64,000 bases of DNA from Auanema rhodensis (taxonomy: Eukaryota > Animalia > Nematoda). A program made the position numbers and the translations under genes. Where the stretch lies: positions 21,266,001 through 21,330,000 of the forward strand of contig OZ059897.1 in NCBI GenBank assembly GCA_964057225.1, read 5' to 3'. Shown here piece after piece: positions 25,151 through 39,030 of the stretch (positions are counted from its first letter, which is position 1; the number at the start of each line of letters is the position of its first letter). The notes below the pieces were generated by a model that saw only the letters and a list, made by a program, of their open reading frames with translations, did not search any database and had not been told where the DNA came from.

Positions 25151-27419
25151 TGAAATTTACGTGAACTTTAATTTGTGCTAATTAAATGTACACGTGATGT
25201 GCACTTGGTATGTAACTCGCTTCACGTGAAAGATAAAGAGATGCGGTTTTCAAAATTAGATTCCCCATGTCCATATTAGTCTAAAAACAAATTTTTATTG
25301 ATATTGGTTCATGGTAACCATGACTTTGAAATTTACGTGAACTTTAATTTATGCTAATTAAATGTACACGTGATGTGCACTTGGTATGTAACTCGCTTCA
25401 CGTGAAAGATAAAGAGATGCGGTTTTCAAAATTAGATTCCCCATGTCCATATTAGTCTAAAAACAACTTTTTATTGATATTGGTTCATGGTAACCATGAC
25501 TTTGAAATTTACGTGAACTTTAATTTATGCTAATTAAATGTACACGTGATGTGCACTTGGTATGTAACTCGCTTCACGTGAAAGATAAAGAGATGCGGTT
25601 TTCAAAATTAGATTCCCCATGTCCATATTAATCTAAAAACAAATTTTTATTGATATTGGTTCATGGTAACCATGACTTTGAAATTTACGTAAACTTTAAT
25701 TTATGCTAATTAAATGTACACGTGATGTGCACTTGGTATGTAACTCGCTTCACGTGAAAGATAAAGAGATGCGGTTTTCAAAATTAGATTCCCCATGTCC
25801 ATATTAGTCTAAAAACAAATTTTTATTGATATTGGTTCATGGTAACCATGACTTTGAAATTTACGTGAACTTTAATTTATGCTAATTAAATGTACACGTG
25901 ATGTGCACTTGGTATGTAACTCGCTTCACGTGAAAGATAAAGAGATGCGGTTTTCAAAATTAGATTCCCCATGTCCATATTAGTCTAAAAACAAATTTTT
26001 ATTGATATTGGTGCATGGTAACCATGACTTTGAAATTTACGTGAACTTTAATTTATGCTAATTAAATGTACACGTGATGTGCACTTGGTATGTAACTCGC
26101 TTCACGTGAAAGATAAAGAGATGCGGTTTTCAAAATTAGATTCCCCATGTCCATATTAGTCTAAAAACAAATTTTTTTGATATTGGTGCATGGTAACCAA
26201 GACTTTGAAATTTACGTGAACTTTAATTTATGCTAATTAAATGTACACGTGATGTGCACTTGGTATGTAACTCGCTTCACGTGAAAGATGAAGAGATGCG
26301 GTTTTCAAAATTAGATTCCCCATGTCCATATTAGTCTAAAACAAATTTTTATTGATATTGGTTCATGGTAACCATGACTTTGAAATTTACGTGAACTTTA
26401 ATTTATGCTAATTAAATGTACACGTGATGTGCACTTGGTATGTAACTCGCTTCACGTGAAAGATAAAGAGATGCGGTTTTCAAAATTAGATTCCCCATGT
26501 CCATATTAATCTAAAAACAAATTTTTATTGATATTGGTTCATGGTAACCATGACTTTGAAATTTACGTGAACTTTAATTTATGCTAATTAAATGTACACG
26601 TGATGTGCACTTGGTATGTAACTCGCTTCACGTGAAAGATAAAGAGATGCGGTTTTCAAAATTAGATTCCCCATGTCCATATTAGTCTAAAAACAAATTT
26701 TTTTGATATTGGTGCATGGTAACCAAGACTTTGAAATTTACGTGAACTTTAATTTATGCTAATTAAATGTACACGTGATGTGCACTTGGTATGTAACTCG
26801 CTTCACGTGAAAGATGAAGAGATGCGGTTTTCAAAATTAGATTCCCCATGTCCATATTAGTCTAAAACAAATTTTTATTGATATTGGTTCATGGTAACCA
26901 TGACTTTGAAATTTACGTGAACTTTAATTTATGCTAATTAAATGTACACGTGATGTGCACTTGGTATGTAACTCGCTTCACGTGAAAGATAAAGAGATGC
27001 GGTTTTCAAAATTAGATTCCCCATGTCCATATTAATCTAAAAACAAATTTTTATTGATATTGGTTCATGGTAACCATGACTTTGAAATTTACGTGAACTT
27101 TAATTTATGCTAATTAAATGTACACGTGATGTGCACTTGGTATGTAACTCGCTTCAGGTGAAAGATAAAGAGATGCGGTTTTCAAAATTAGATTCCCCAT
27201 GTCCATATTAGTCTAAAAACAAATTTTTATTGATATTGGTTCATGGTAACCATGACTTTGAAATTTACGTGAACTTTAATTTATGCTAATTAAATGTACA
27301 CGTGATGTGCACTTGGTATGTAACTCGCTTCACGTGAAAGATAAAGAGATGCGGTTTTCAAAATTAGATTCCCCATGTCCATATTAGTCTAAAAACAAAT
27401 TTTTATTGATATTGGTGCA

Positions 27420-30400
27420 TGGTAACCATGACTTTGAAATTTACGTGAACTTTAATTTATGCTAATTAAATGTACACGTGATGTGCACTTGGTATGTAAC
27501 TCGCTTCACGTGAAAGATAAAGAGATGCGGTTTTCAAAATTAGATTCCCCATGTCCATATTAGTCTAAAAACAAATTTTTTTGATATTGGTGCATGGTAA
27601 CCAAGACTTTGAAATTTACGTGAACTTTAATTTATGCTAATTAAATGTACACGTGATGTGCACTTGGTATGTAACTCGCTTCACGTGAAAGATGAAGAGA
27701 TGCGGTTTTCAAAATTAGATTCCCCATGTCCATATTAGTCTAAAACAAATTTTTATTGATATTGGTTCATTTTAACCATGACTTTGAAATTTACGTGAAC
27801 TTTAATTTATGCTAATTAAATGTACACGTGATGTGCACTTGGTATGTAACTCGCTCCACGTGAAAGATAAAGAGATGCGGTTTTCAAAATTAGATTCCCC
27901 ATGTCCATATTAGTCTAAAAACAAATTTTTATTGATATTGGTTCATGGTAAACATGACTTTGAAATTTACGTGAACTTTAATTTATGCTAATTAAATGTA
28001 CACGTGATGTGCACTTGGTATGTAACTCGCTTCACGTGAAAGATAAAGAGATGCGGTTTTCAAAATTAGATTTCCCATGTCCATATTAGTCTAAAAACAA
28101 ATTTTTATTGATATTGGTTCATGGTAACCATGACTTTGAAATTTACGTGAACTTTATTTTATGCTAATTAAATGTACACGTGATGTGCACTTGGTATGTA
28201 ACTCGCTTCACGTGAAAGATAAAGAGATGCGGTTTTCAAAATTAGATTCCCCATGTCCATATTAGTCTAAAAACAAATTTTTATTGATATTGGTGCATGG
28301 TAACCATGACTTTGAAATTTACGTGAACTTTAATTTATGCTAATTAAATGTACACGTGATCTGCACTTGGTATGTAACTCGCTTCACGTAAAAGATGAAG
28401 AGATGCGGTTTTCAAAATTAGATTCCTCATGTCCATATTAGTCTAAAAACAAATTTTTATTGATATTGGTGCATGGTAACCATGACTTTGAAATTTACGT
28501 GAACTTTAATTTATGCTAATTAAATGTACACGTGATGTGCACTTGGTATGTAACTCGCTTCACGTGAAAGATCAAGAGATGCGGTTTTCAAAATTAGATT
28601 CCCCATGTCAATATTAGTCTAAAAACACATTTTTATTGATATTGGTTCATGGTAACCATGACTTTGAAATTTACGTGAACTTTAATTTATGCTAATTAAA
28701 TGTACACGTGATGTGCACTTGGTATGTAACTCGCTTCACGTGAGAGATAAAGAGATGCGGTTTTCAAAATTAGATTCCCCATGTCCATATTAGTCTAAAA
28801 ACAAATTTTTATTGATATTGGTGCATGGTAACCATGACTTTGAAATTTACGTGAACTTTAATTTATGCTAATTAAATGTACACGTGATGTGCACTTGGTA
28901 TGTAACTCGCTTCACGTGAAAGATAAAGAGATGCGGTTTTCAAAATTAGATTCCCCATGTCCATATTAGTCTAAAAACAATTTTTTTTGATATTGGTGCA
29001 TGGTAACCAAGACTTTGAAATTTACGTGAACTTTAATTTATGCTAATCAAATGTACACGTGATGTGCACTTGGTATGTAACTCGCTTCACGTGAAAGATG
29101 AAGAGATGCGGTTTTCAAAATTAGATTCCCCATGTCCATATTAGTCTAAAAATAAATTTTTATTGATATTGGTTCATGGTAACCATGACTTTGAAATTTA
29201 CGTGAACTTTAATTTATGCTAATTAAATGTACACGTGATGTGCACTTGGTATGTAACTCGCTCCACGTGAAAGATAAAGAGATGCGGTTTTCAAAATTAG
29301 ATTCCCCATGTCCATATTAGTCTAAAAACAAATTTTTATTGATATTGGTTCATGGTAACCATGACTTTGAAATTTACGTGAACTTTAATTTATGCTAATT
29401 AAATGTACACGTGATGTGCACTTGGTATGTAACTCGCTTCACGTGAAAGATAAAGAGATGCGGTTTTCAAAATTAGATTCCCCATGTCCATATTAGTCTA
29501 AAAACAAATTTTTATTGATATTGGTTCATGGTAACCATGACTTTGAAATTTACATGAACTTTATTTTATGCTAATTAAATGTACACGTGATGTGCACTTG
29601 GTATGTAACTCGCTTCACGTGAAAGATAAAGAGATGCGGTTTTCAAAATTAGATTCCCCATGTCCATATTAGTCTAAAAACAAATTTTTATTGATATTGG
29701 TGCATGGTAACCATGACTTTGAAATTTACGTGAACTTTAATTTATGCTAATTAAATGTACACGTGATGTGCACTTGGTATGTAACTCGCTTCACGTAAAA
29801 GATGAAGAGATGCGGTTTTCAAAATTAGATTCCTCATGTCCATATTAGTCTAAAAACAAATTTTTATTGATATTGGTGCATGGTAACCATGACTTTGAAA
29901 TTTACGTGAACTTTAATTTATGCTAATTAAATGTACACGTGATGTGCACTTGGTATGTAACTCGCTTCACGTGAAAGATAAAGAGATGCGGTTTTCAAAA
30001 TTAGATTCCCCATGTCCATATTAGTCTAAAAACAAATTTTTATTGATATTGGTTCATGGTAACCATGACTTTGAAATTTACGTGAACTTTAATTTATGCT
30101 AATTAAATGTACACGTGATGTGCACTTGGTATGTAACTCGCTTCACGAGAAAGATAAAGAGATGCGGTTTTCAAAATTAGATTCCCCATGTCCATATTAG
30201 TCTAAAAACAAATTTTTATTGATATTGGTTCATGGTAACCAAGACTTTGAAATTTACGTGAACTTTAATTTATGCTAATTAAATGTACACGTGATGTGCA
30301 CTTGGTATGTAACTCGCTTCACGTGAAAGATAAAGAGATGCGGTTTTCAAAATTAGATTCCCCATGTCCATATTAGTCTAAAAACAAATTTTTATTGATA

Positions 30401-33400
30401 TTGGTTCATGGTAACCATGACTTTGAAATTTACGTGAACTTTAATTTATGCTAATTAAATGTACACGTGATGTGCACTTGGTATGTAACTCGCTTCACGT
30501 GAAAGATAAAGAGATGCGGTTTTCAAAATTAGATTCCCCATGTCCATATTAGTCTAAAAACGAATTTTTATCGATATTGGTTCATGGTAACCATGACTTT
30601 GAAATTTACGTGAACTTTAATTTATGCTAATTAAATGTACACGTGATGTGCACTTGGTATGTAACTCGCTTCACGTGAAAGATAAAGAGATTCGGTTTTC
30701 AAAATTAGATTCCCCATGTCCATATTAGTCTAAAAACAAATTTTTATCGATATTGGTTCATGGTAACCATGACTTTGAAATTTACGTGAACTTTAATTTA
30801 TGCTAATTAAATGTACACGTGATGTGCACTTGGTATGTAACTCGCTTCACGTGAAAGATAAAGAAATGCGGTTTTCAAAATTAGATTCCCCATGTCCATA
30901 TTAGTCTAAAAACAAATTTTTATTGATATTGGTGCATGGTAACCATGACTTTGAAATTTACGTGAACTTTAATTTATGCTAATTAAATGTACACGTGATG
31001 TGCACTTGGTATGTAACTCGCTTCACGTGAAAGATAAAGAGATGCGGTTTTCAAAATTAGATTCCCCATGTCCATATTAGTCTAAAAACAAATTTTTTTG
31101 ATATTGGTTCATGGTAACCAAGACTTTGAAATTTACGTGAACTTTAATTTATGCTAATTAAATGTACACGTGATGTGCACTTGGTATGTAACTCGCTTCA
31201 CGTGAAAGATGAAGAGATGCGGTTTTCAAAATTAGATTCCCCATGTCCATATTAGTCTAAAACAAATTTTTATTGATATTGGTTCATTTTAACCATGACT
31301 TTGAAATTTACGTGAACTTTAATTTATGCTAATTAAATGTACACGTGATGTGCACTTGGTATGTAACTCGCTCCACGTGAAAGATAAAGAGATGCGGTTT
31401 TCAAAATTAGATTCCCCATGTCCATATTAGTCTAAAAACAAATTTTTATTGATATTGGTTCATGGTAACCATGACTTTGAAATTTACGTGAACTTTAATT
31501 TATGCTAATTAAATGTACACGTGATGTGCTCTTGGTATGTAACTCGCTTCACGTGAAAGATAAAGAGATGCGGTTTTCAAAATTAGATTCCCCATGTCCA
31601 TATTAGTCTAAAAACAAATTTTTATTGATATTGGTTCATGGTAACCATGACTTTGAAATTTACGTGAACTTCAATTTATGCTAAATAAATGTACACGTGA
31701 TGTGCACTTGGTATGTAACTCGCTTCACGTGAAAGATAAAGAGATGCGGTTTTCAAAATTAGATTCCCCATGTCCATATTAGTCTAAAAACAAATTTTTA
31801 TCGATATTGGTGCATGGTAACCATGACTTTGAAATTTACGTGAACTTTAATTTATGCTAATTAAATGTACACGTGATGTGCACTTGGTATGTAACTCGCT
31901 TCACGTGAAAGATAAAGAGATGCGGTTTTCAAAATTAGATTTCCCATGTCCATATTAGTCTAAAAACAAATTTTTATTGATATTGGTTCATGGTAACCAT
32001 GACTTTGAAATTTACGTGAACTTTATTTTATGCTAATTAAATGTACACGTGATGTGCACTTGGTATGTAACTCGCTTCACGTGAAAGATAAAGAGATGCG
32101 GTTTTCAAAATTAGATTCCCCATGTCCATATTAGTCTAAAAACAAATTTTTATTGATATTGGTGCATGGTAACCATGACTTTGAAATTTACGTGAACTTT
32201 AATTTATGCTAATTAAATGTACACGTGATCTGCACTTGGTATGTAACTCGCTTCACGTAAAAGATGAAGAGATGCGGTTTTCAAAATTAGATTCCTCATG
32301 TCCATATTAGTCTAAAAACAAATTTTTATTGATATTGGTGCATGGTAACCATGACTTTGAAATTTACGTGAACTTTAATTTATGCTAATTAAATGTACAC
32401 GTGATGTGCACTTGGTATGTAACTCGCTTCACGTGAAAGATCAAGAGATGCGGTTTTCAAAATTAGATTCCCCATGTCCATATTAGTCTAAAAACACATT
32501 TTTATTGATATTGGTTCATGGTAACCATGACTTTGAAATTTACGTGAACTTTAATTTATGCTAATTAAATGTACACGTGATGTGCACTTGGTATGTAACT
32601 CGCTTCACGTGAGAGATAAAGAGATGCGGTTTTCAAAATTAGATTCCCCATGTCCATATTAGTCTAAAAACAAATTTTTATTGATATTGGTGCATGGTAA
32701 CCATGACTTTGAAATTTACGTGAACTTTAATTTATGCTAATTAAATGTACACGTGATGTGCACTTGGTATGTAACTCGCTTCACGTGAAAGATAAAGAGA
32801 TGCGGTTTTCAAAATTAGATTCCCCATGTCCATATTAGTCTAAAAACAATTTTTTTTGATATTGGTGCATGGTAACCAAGACTTTGAAATTTACGTGAAC
32901 TTTAATTTATGCTAATCAAATGTACACGTGATGTGCACTTGGTATGTAACTCGCTTCACGTGAAAGATGAAGAGATGCGGTTTTCAAAATTAGATTCCCC
33001 ATGTCCATATTAGTCTAAAAATAAATTTTTATTGATATTGGTTCATGGTAACCATGACTTTGAAATTTACGTGAACTTTAATTTATGCTAATTAAATGTA
33101 CACGTGATGTGCACTTGGTATGTAACTCGCTTTACGTGAAAGATAAAGAGATGCGGTTTTCAAAATTAGATTCCCCATGTCCATATTAGTCTAAAAACAA
33201 ATTTTTATTGATATTGGTTCATGGTAACCATGACTTTGAAATTTACATGAACTTTATTTTATGCTAATTAAATGTACACGTGATGTGCACTTGGTATGTA
33301 ACTCGCTTCACGTGAAAGATAAAGAGATGCGGTTTTCAAAATTAGATTCCCCATGTCCATATTAGTCTAAAAACAAATTTTTATTGATATTGGTTCATGG

Positions 33401-36400
33401 TAACCATGACTTTGAAATTTACGTGAACTTTAATTTATGCTAATTAAATGTACACGTGATGTGCACTTGGTATGTAACTCGCTTCACGAGAAAGATAAAG
33501 AGATGCGGTTTTCAAAATTAGATTCCCCATGTCCATATTAGTCTAAAAACAAATTTTTATTGATATTGGTTCATGGTAACCAAGACTTTGAAATTTACGT
33601 GAACTTTAATTTATGCTAATTAAATGTACACGTGATGTGCACTTGGTATGTAACCCGCTTCACGTGAAAGATAAAGAGATGCGGTTTTCAAAATTAGATT
33701 CCCCATGTCCATATTAGTCTAAAAACAAATTTTTATTGATATTGGTTCATGGTAACCATGACTTTGAAATTTACGTGAACTTTAATTTATGCTAATTAAA
33801 TGTACACGTGATGTGCACTTGGTATGTAACTCGCTTCACGTGAAAGATAAAGAGATGCGGTTTTCAAAATTAGATTCCCCATGTCCATATTAGTCTAAAA
33901 ACGAATTTTTATCGATATTGGTTCATGGTAACCATGACTTTGAAATTTACGTGAACTTTAATTTATGCTAATTAAATGTACACGTGATGTGCACTTGGTA
34001 TGTAACTCGCTTCACGTGAAAGATAAAGAGATTCGGTTTTCAAAATTAGATTCCCCATGTCCATATTAGTCTAAAAACAAATTTTTATCGATATTGGTTC
34101 ATGGTAACCATGACTTTGAAATTTACGTGAACTTTAATTTATGCTAATTAAATGTACACGTGATGTGCACTTGGTATGTAACTCGCTTCACGTGAAAGAT
34201 AAAGAAATGCGGTTTTCAAAATTAGATTCCCCATGTCCATATTAGTCTAAAAACAAATTTTTATTGATATTGGTGCATGGTAACCAAGACTTTGAAATTT
34301 ACGTGAACTTTAATTTATGCTAATTAAATGTACACGTGATGTGCACTTGGTATGTAACTCGCTTCACGTGAAAGATAAAGAGATGCGGTTTTCAAAATTA
34401 GATTCCCCATGTCCATATTAGTCTAAAAACAAATTTTTTTGATATTGGTGCATGGTAACCAAGACTTTGAAATTTACGTGAACTTTAATTTATGCTAATT
34501 AAATGTACACGTGATGTGCACTTGGTATGTAACTCGCTTCACGTGAAAGATGAAGAGATGCGGTTTTCAAAATTAGATTCCCCATGTCCATATTAGTCTA
34601 AAACAAATTTTTATTGATATTGGTTCATTTTAACCATGACTTTGAAATTTACGTGAACTTTAATTTATGCTAATTAAATGTACACGTGATGTGCACTTGG
34701 TATGTAACTCGCTCCACGTGAAAGATAAAGAGATGCGGTTTTCAAAATTAGATTCCCCATGTCCATATTAGTCTAAAAACAAATTTTTATTGATATTGGT
34801 TCATGGTAACCATGACTTTGAAATTTACGTGAACTTTAATTTATGCTAATTAAATGTACACGTGATGTGCACTTGGTATGTAACTCGCTTCACGTGAAAG
34901 ATAAAGAGATGCGGTTTTCAAAATTAGATTTCCCATGTCCATATTAGTCTAAAAACAAATTTTTATTGATATTGGTTCATGGTAACCATGACTTTGAAAT
35001 TTACGTGAACTTTATTTTATGCTAATTAAATGTACACGTGATGTGCACTTGGTATGTAACTCGCTTCACGTGAAAGATAAAGAGATGCGGTTTTCAAAAT
35101 TAGATTCCCCATGTCCATATTAGTCTAAAAACAAATTTTTATTGATATTGGTGCATGGTAACCATGACTTTGAAATTTACGTGAACTTTAATTTATGCTA
35201 ATTAAATGTACACGTGATCTGCACTTGGTATGTAACTCGCTTCACGTAAAAGATGAAGAGATGCGGTTTTCAAAATTAGATTCCTCATGTCCATATTAGT
35301 CTAAAAACAAATTTTTATTGATATTGGTGCATGGTAACCATGACTTTGAAATTTACGTGAACTTTAATTTATGCTAATTAAATGTACACGTGATGTGCAC
35401 TTGGTATGTAACTCGCTTCACGTGAAAGATCAAGAGATGCGGTTTTCAAAATTAGATTCCCCATGTCCATATTAGTCTAAAAACACATTTTTATTGATAT
35501 TGGTTCATGGTAACCATGACTTTGAAATTTACGTGAACTTTAATTTATGCTAATTAAATGTACACGTGATGTGCACTTGGTATGTAACTCGCTTCACGTG
35601 AGAGATAAAGAGATGCGGTTTTCAAAATTAGATTCCCCATGTCCATATTAGTCTAAAAACAAATTTTTATTGATATTGGTGCATGGTAACCATGACTTTG
35701 AAATTTACGTGAACTTTAATTTATGCTAATTAAATGTACACGTGATGTGCACTTGGTATGTAACTCGCTTCACGTGAAAGATAAAGAGATGCGGTTTTCA
35801 AAATTAGATTCCCCATGTCCATATTAGTCTAAAAACAATTTTTTTTGATATTGGTGCATGGTAACCAAGACTTTGAAATTTACGTGAACTTTAATTTATG
35901 CTAATCAAATGTACACGTGATGTGCACTTGGTATGTAACTCGCTTCACGTGAAAGATGAAGAGATGCGGTTTTCAAAATTAGATTCCCCATGTCCATATT
36001 AGTCTAAAAATAAATTTTTATTGATATTGGTTCATGGTAACCATGACTTTGAAATTTACGTGAACTTTAATTTATGCTAATTAAATGTACACGTGATGTG
36101 CACTTGGTATGTAACTCGCTTTACGTGAAAGATAAAGAGATGCGGTTTTCAAAATTAGATTCCCCATGTCCATATTAGTCTAAAAACAAATTTTTATTGA
36201 TATTGGTTCATGGTAACCATGACTTTGAAATTTACATGAACTTTATTTTATGCTAATTAAATGTACACGTGATGTGCACTTGGTATGTAACTCGCTTCAC
36301 GTGAAAGATAAAGAGATGCGGTTTTCAAAATTAGATTCCCCATGTCCATATTAGTCTAAAAACAAATTTTTATTGATATTGGTGCATGGTAACCATGACT

Positions 36401-37700
36401 TTGAAATTTACGTGAACTTTAATTTATGCTAATTAAATGTACACGTGATGTGCACTTGGTATGTAACTCGCTTCACGTAAAAGATGAAGAGATGCGGTTT
36501 TCAAAATTAGATTCCTCATGTCCATATTAGTCTAAAAACAAATTTTTATTGATATTGGTGCATGGTAACCATGACTTTGAAATTTACGTGAACTTTAATT
36601 TATGCTAATTAAATGTACACGTGATGTGCACTTGGTATGTAACTCGCTTCACGTGAAAGATAAAGAGATGCGGTTTTCAAAATTAGATTCCCCATGTCCA
36701 TATTAGTCTAAAAACAAATTTTTATTGATATTGGTTCATGGTAACCATGACTTTGAAATTTACGTGAACTTTAATTTATGCTAATTAAATGTACACGTGA
36801 TGTGCACTTGGTATGTAACTCGCTTCACGAGAAAGATAAAGAGATGCGGTTTTCAAAATTAGATTCCCCATGTCCATATTAGTCTAAAAACAAATTTTTA
36901 TTGATATTGGTTCATGGTAACCAAGACTTTGAAATTTACGTGAACTTTAATTTATGCTAATTAAATGTACACGTGATGTGCACTTGGTATGTAACCCGCT
37001 TCACGTGAAAGATAAAGAGATGCGGTTTTCAAAATTAGATTCCCCATGTCCATATTAGTCTAAAAACAAATTTTTATTGATATTGGTTCATGGTAACCAT
37101 GACTTTGAAATTTACGTGAACTTTAATTTATGCTAATTAAATGTACACGTGATGTGCACTTGGTATGTAACTCGCTTCACGTGAAAGATAAAGAGATGCG
37201 GTTTTCAAAATTAGATTCCCCATGTCCATATTAGTCTAAAAACGAATTTTTATCGATATTGGTTCATGGTAACCATGACTTTGAAATTTACGTGAACTTT
37301 AATTTATGCTAATTAAATGTACACGTGATGTGCACTTGGTATGTAACTCGCTTCACGTGAAAGATAAAGAGATTCGGTTTTCAAAATTAGATTCCCCATG
37401 TCCATATTAGTCTAAAAACAAATTTTTATCGATATTGGTTCATGGTAACCATGACTTTGAAATTTACGTGAACTTTAATTTATGCTAATTAAATGTACAC
37501 GTGATGTGCACTTGGTATGTAACTCGCTTCACGTGAAAGATAAAGAAATGCGGTTTTCAAAATTAGATTCCCCATGTCCATATTAGTCTAAAAACAAATT
37601 TTTATTGATATTGGTGCATGGTAACCAAGACTTTGAAATTTACGTGAACTTTAATTTATGCTAATTAAATGTACACGTGATGTGCACTTGGTATGTAACT
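27420..37700. repeat. Three copies of a large (~17-22 monomer, ~3.0-3.9 kb) higher-order repeat in satellite B (ends approximate)
   Basis: Triplicated private markers: CATTTTAACC 27771/31288/34629; AACACATT 28628/32497/35486; CTAATCAAA 29048/32917/35906; AACGAATT 30562/33903/37244. Confidence 0.88.
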
Positions 37701-39030
37701 CGCTTCACGTGAAAGATGAAGAGATGCGGTTTTCAAAATTAGATTCCCCATGTCCATATTAGTCTAAAAACAAATTCTTATTGATATTGGTTCATGGTAA
37801 CCATGACTTTGAAATTTACGTGAACTTTAATTTATGCTAATTAAATGTACACGTGATGTGCACTTGGTATGTAACTCGCTTCACGTGAAAGATAAAGAGA
37901 TGCGGTTTTCAAAATTAGATTCCCCATGTCCATATTAGTCTAAAAACAAATTTTTATCGATATTGGTTCATGGTAACCATGACTTTGAAATTTACGTGAA
38001 CTTTAATTTATGCTAATTAGATGTACACGTGATGTGCACTAGGTATGTAACTCGCTTCACGTGAAAGATAAAGAGATGCGGTTTTCAAAATTAGATTCCC
38101 CATGTCCATATTAGTCTAAAAACAAATTTTTATTGATATTGGTTCATGGTAACCATGACTTTGAAATTTACGTGTACTTTAATTTATGCTAATTAAATGT
38201 ACACGTGATGTGCACTTGGTATGTAACTCGCTTCACGTGAAAGATAAAGAGATGCGGTTTTCAAAATTAGATTCCCCATGTCCATATTAGTCTAAAAACA
38301 AATTTTTATTGATATTGGTGCATGGTAACCATGACTTTGAAATTTACGTGAACTTTAATTTATGCTAATTAAATGTACACGTGATGTGCACTTGGTATGT
38401 AACTCGCTTCACGTGAAAGATGAAGAGAAGCGGTTTTCAAAATTAGATTCCCCATGTCCATATTAGTCTAAAAACAAATTCTTATTGATATTGGTTCATG
38501 GTAACCATGACTTTGAAATTTACGTGAACTTTAATTTATGCTAATTAAATGTACACGTGATGTGCACTTGGTATGTAACTCGCTTCACGTGAAAGATAAA
38601 GAGATGCGGTTTTCAAAATTAGATTCCCCATGTCCATATTAGTCTAAAAACAAATTTTTATCGATATTGGTTCATGGTAACCATGACTTTGAAATTTACG
38701 TGAACTTTAATTTATGCTAATTAGATGTACACGTGATGTGCACTAGGTATGTAACTCGCTTCACGTGAAAGATAAAGAGATGCGGTTTTCAAAATTAGAT
38801 TCCCCATGTCCATATTAGTCTAAAAACAAATTTTTATTGATATTGGTTCATGGTAACCATGACTTTGAAATTTACGTGTACTTTAATTTATGCTAATTAA
38901 ATGTACACGTGATGTGCACTTGGTATGTAACTCGCTTCACGTGAAAGATAAAGAGATGCGGTTTTCAAAATTAGATTCCCCATGTCCATATTAGTCTAAA
39001 AACAAATTTTTATTGATATTGGTGCATGGT
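37700..39030. repeat. Higher-order 4-monomer (704-bp) tandem duplication in satellite B (ends approximate)
   Basis: AAATTCTTA 37777/38481 and CACTAGG 38041/38745, plus TTAGATG and CGTGTACT variants, all 704 bp apart. Confidence 0.88.
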
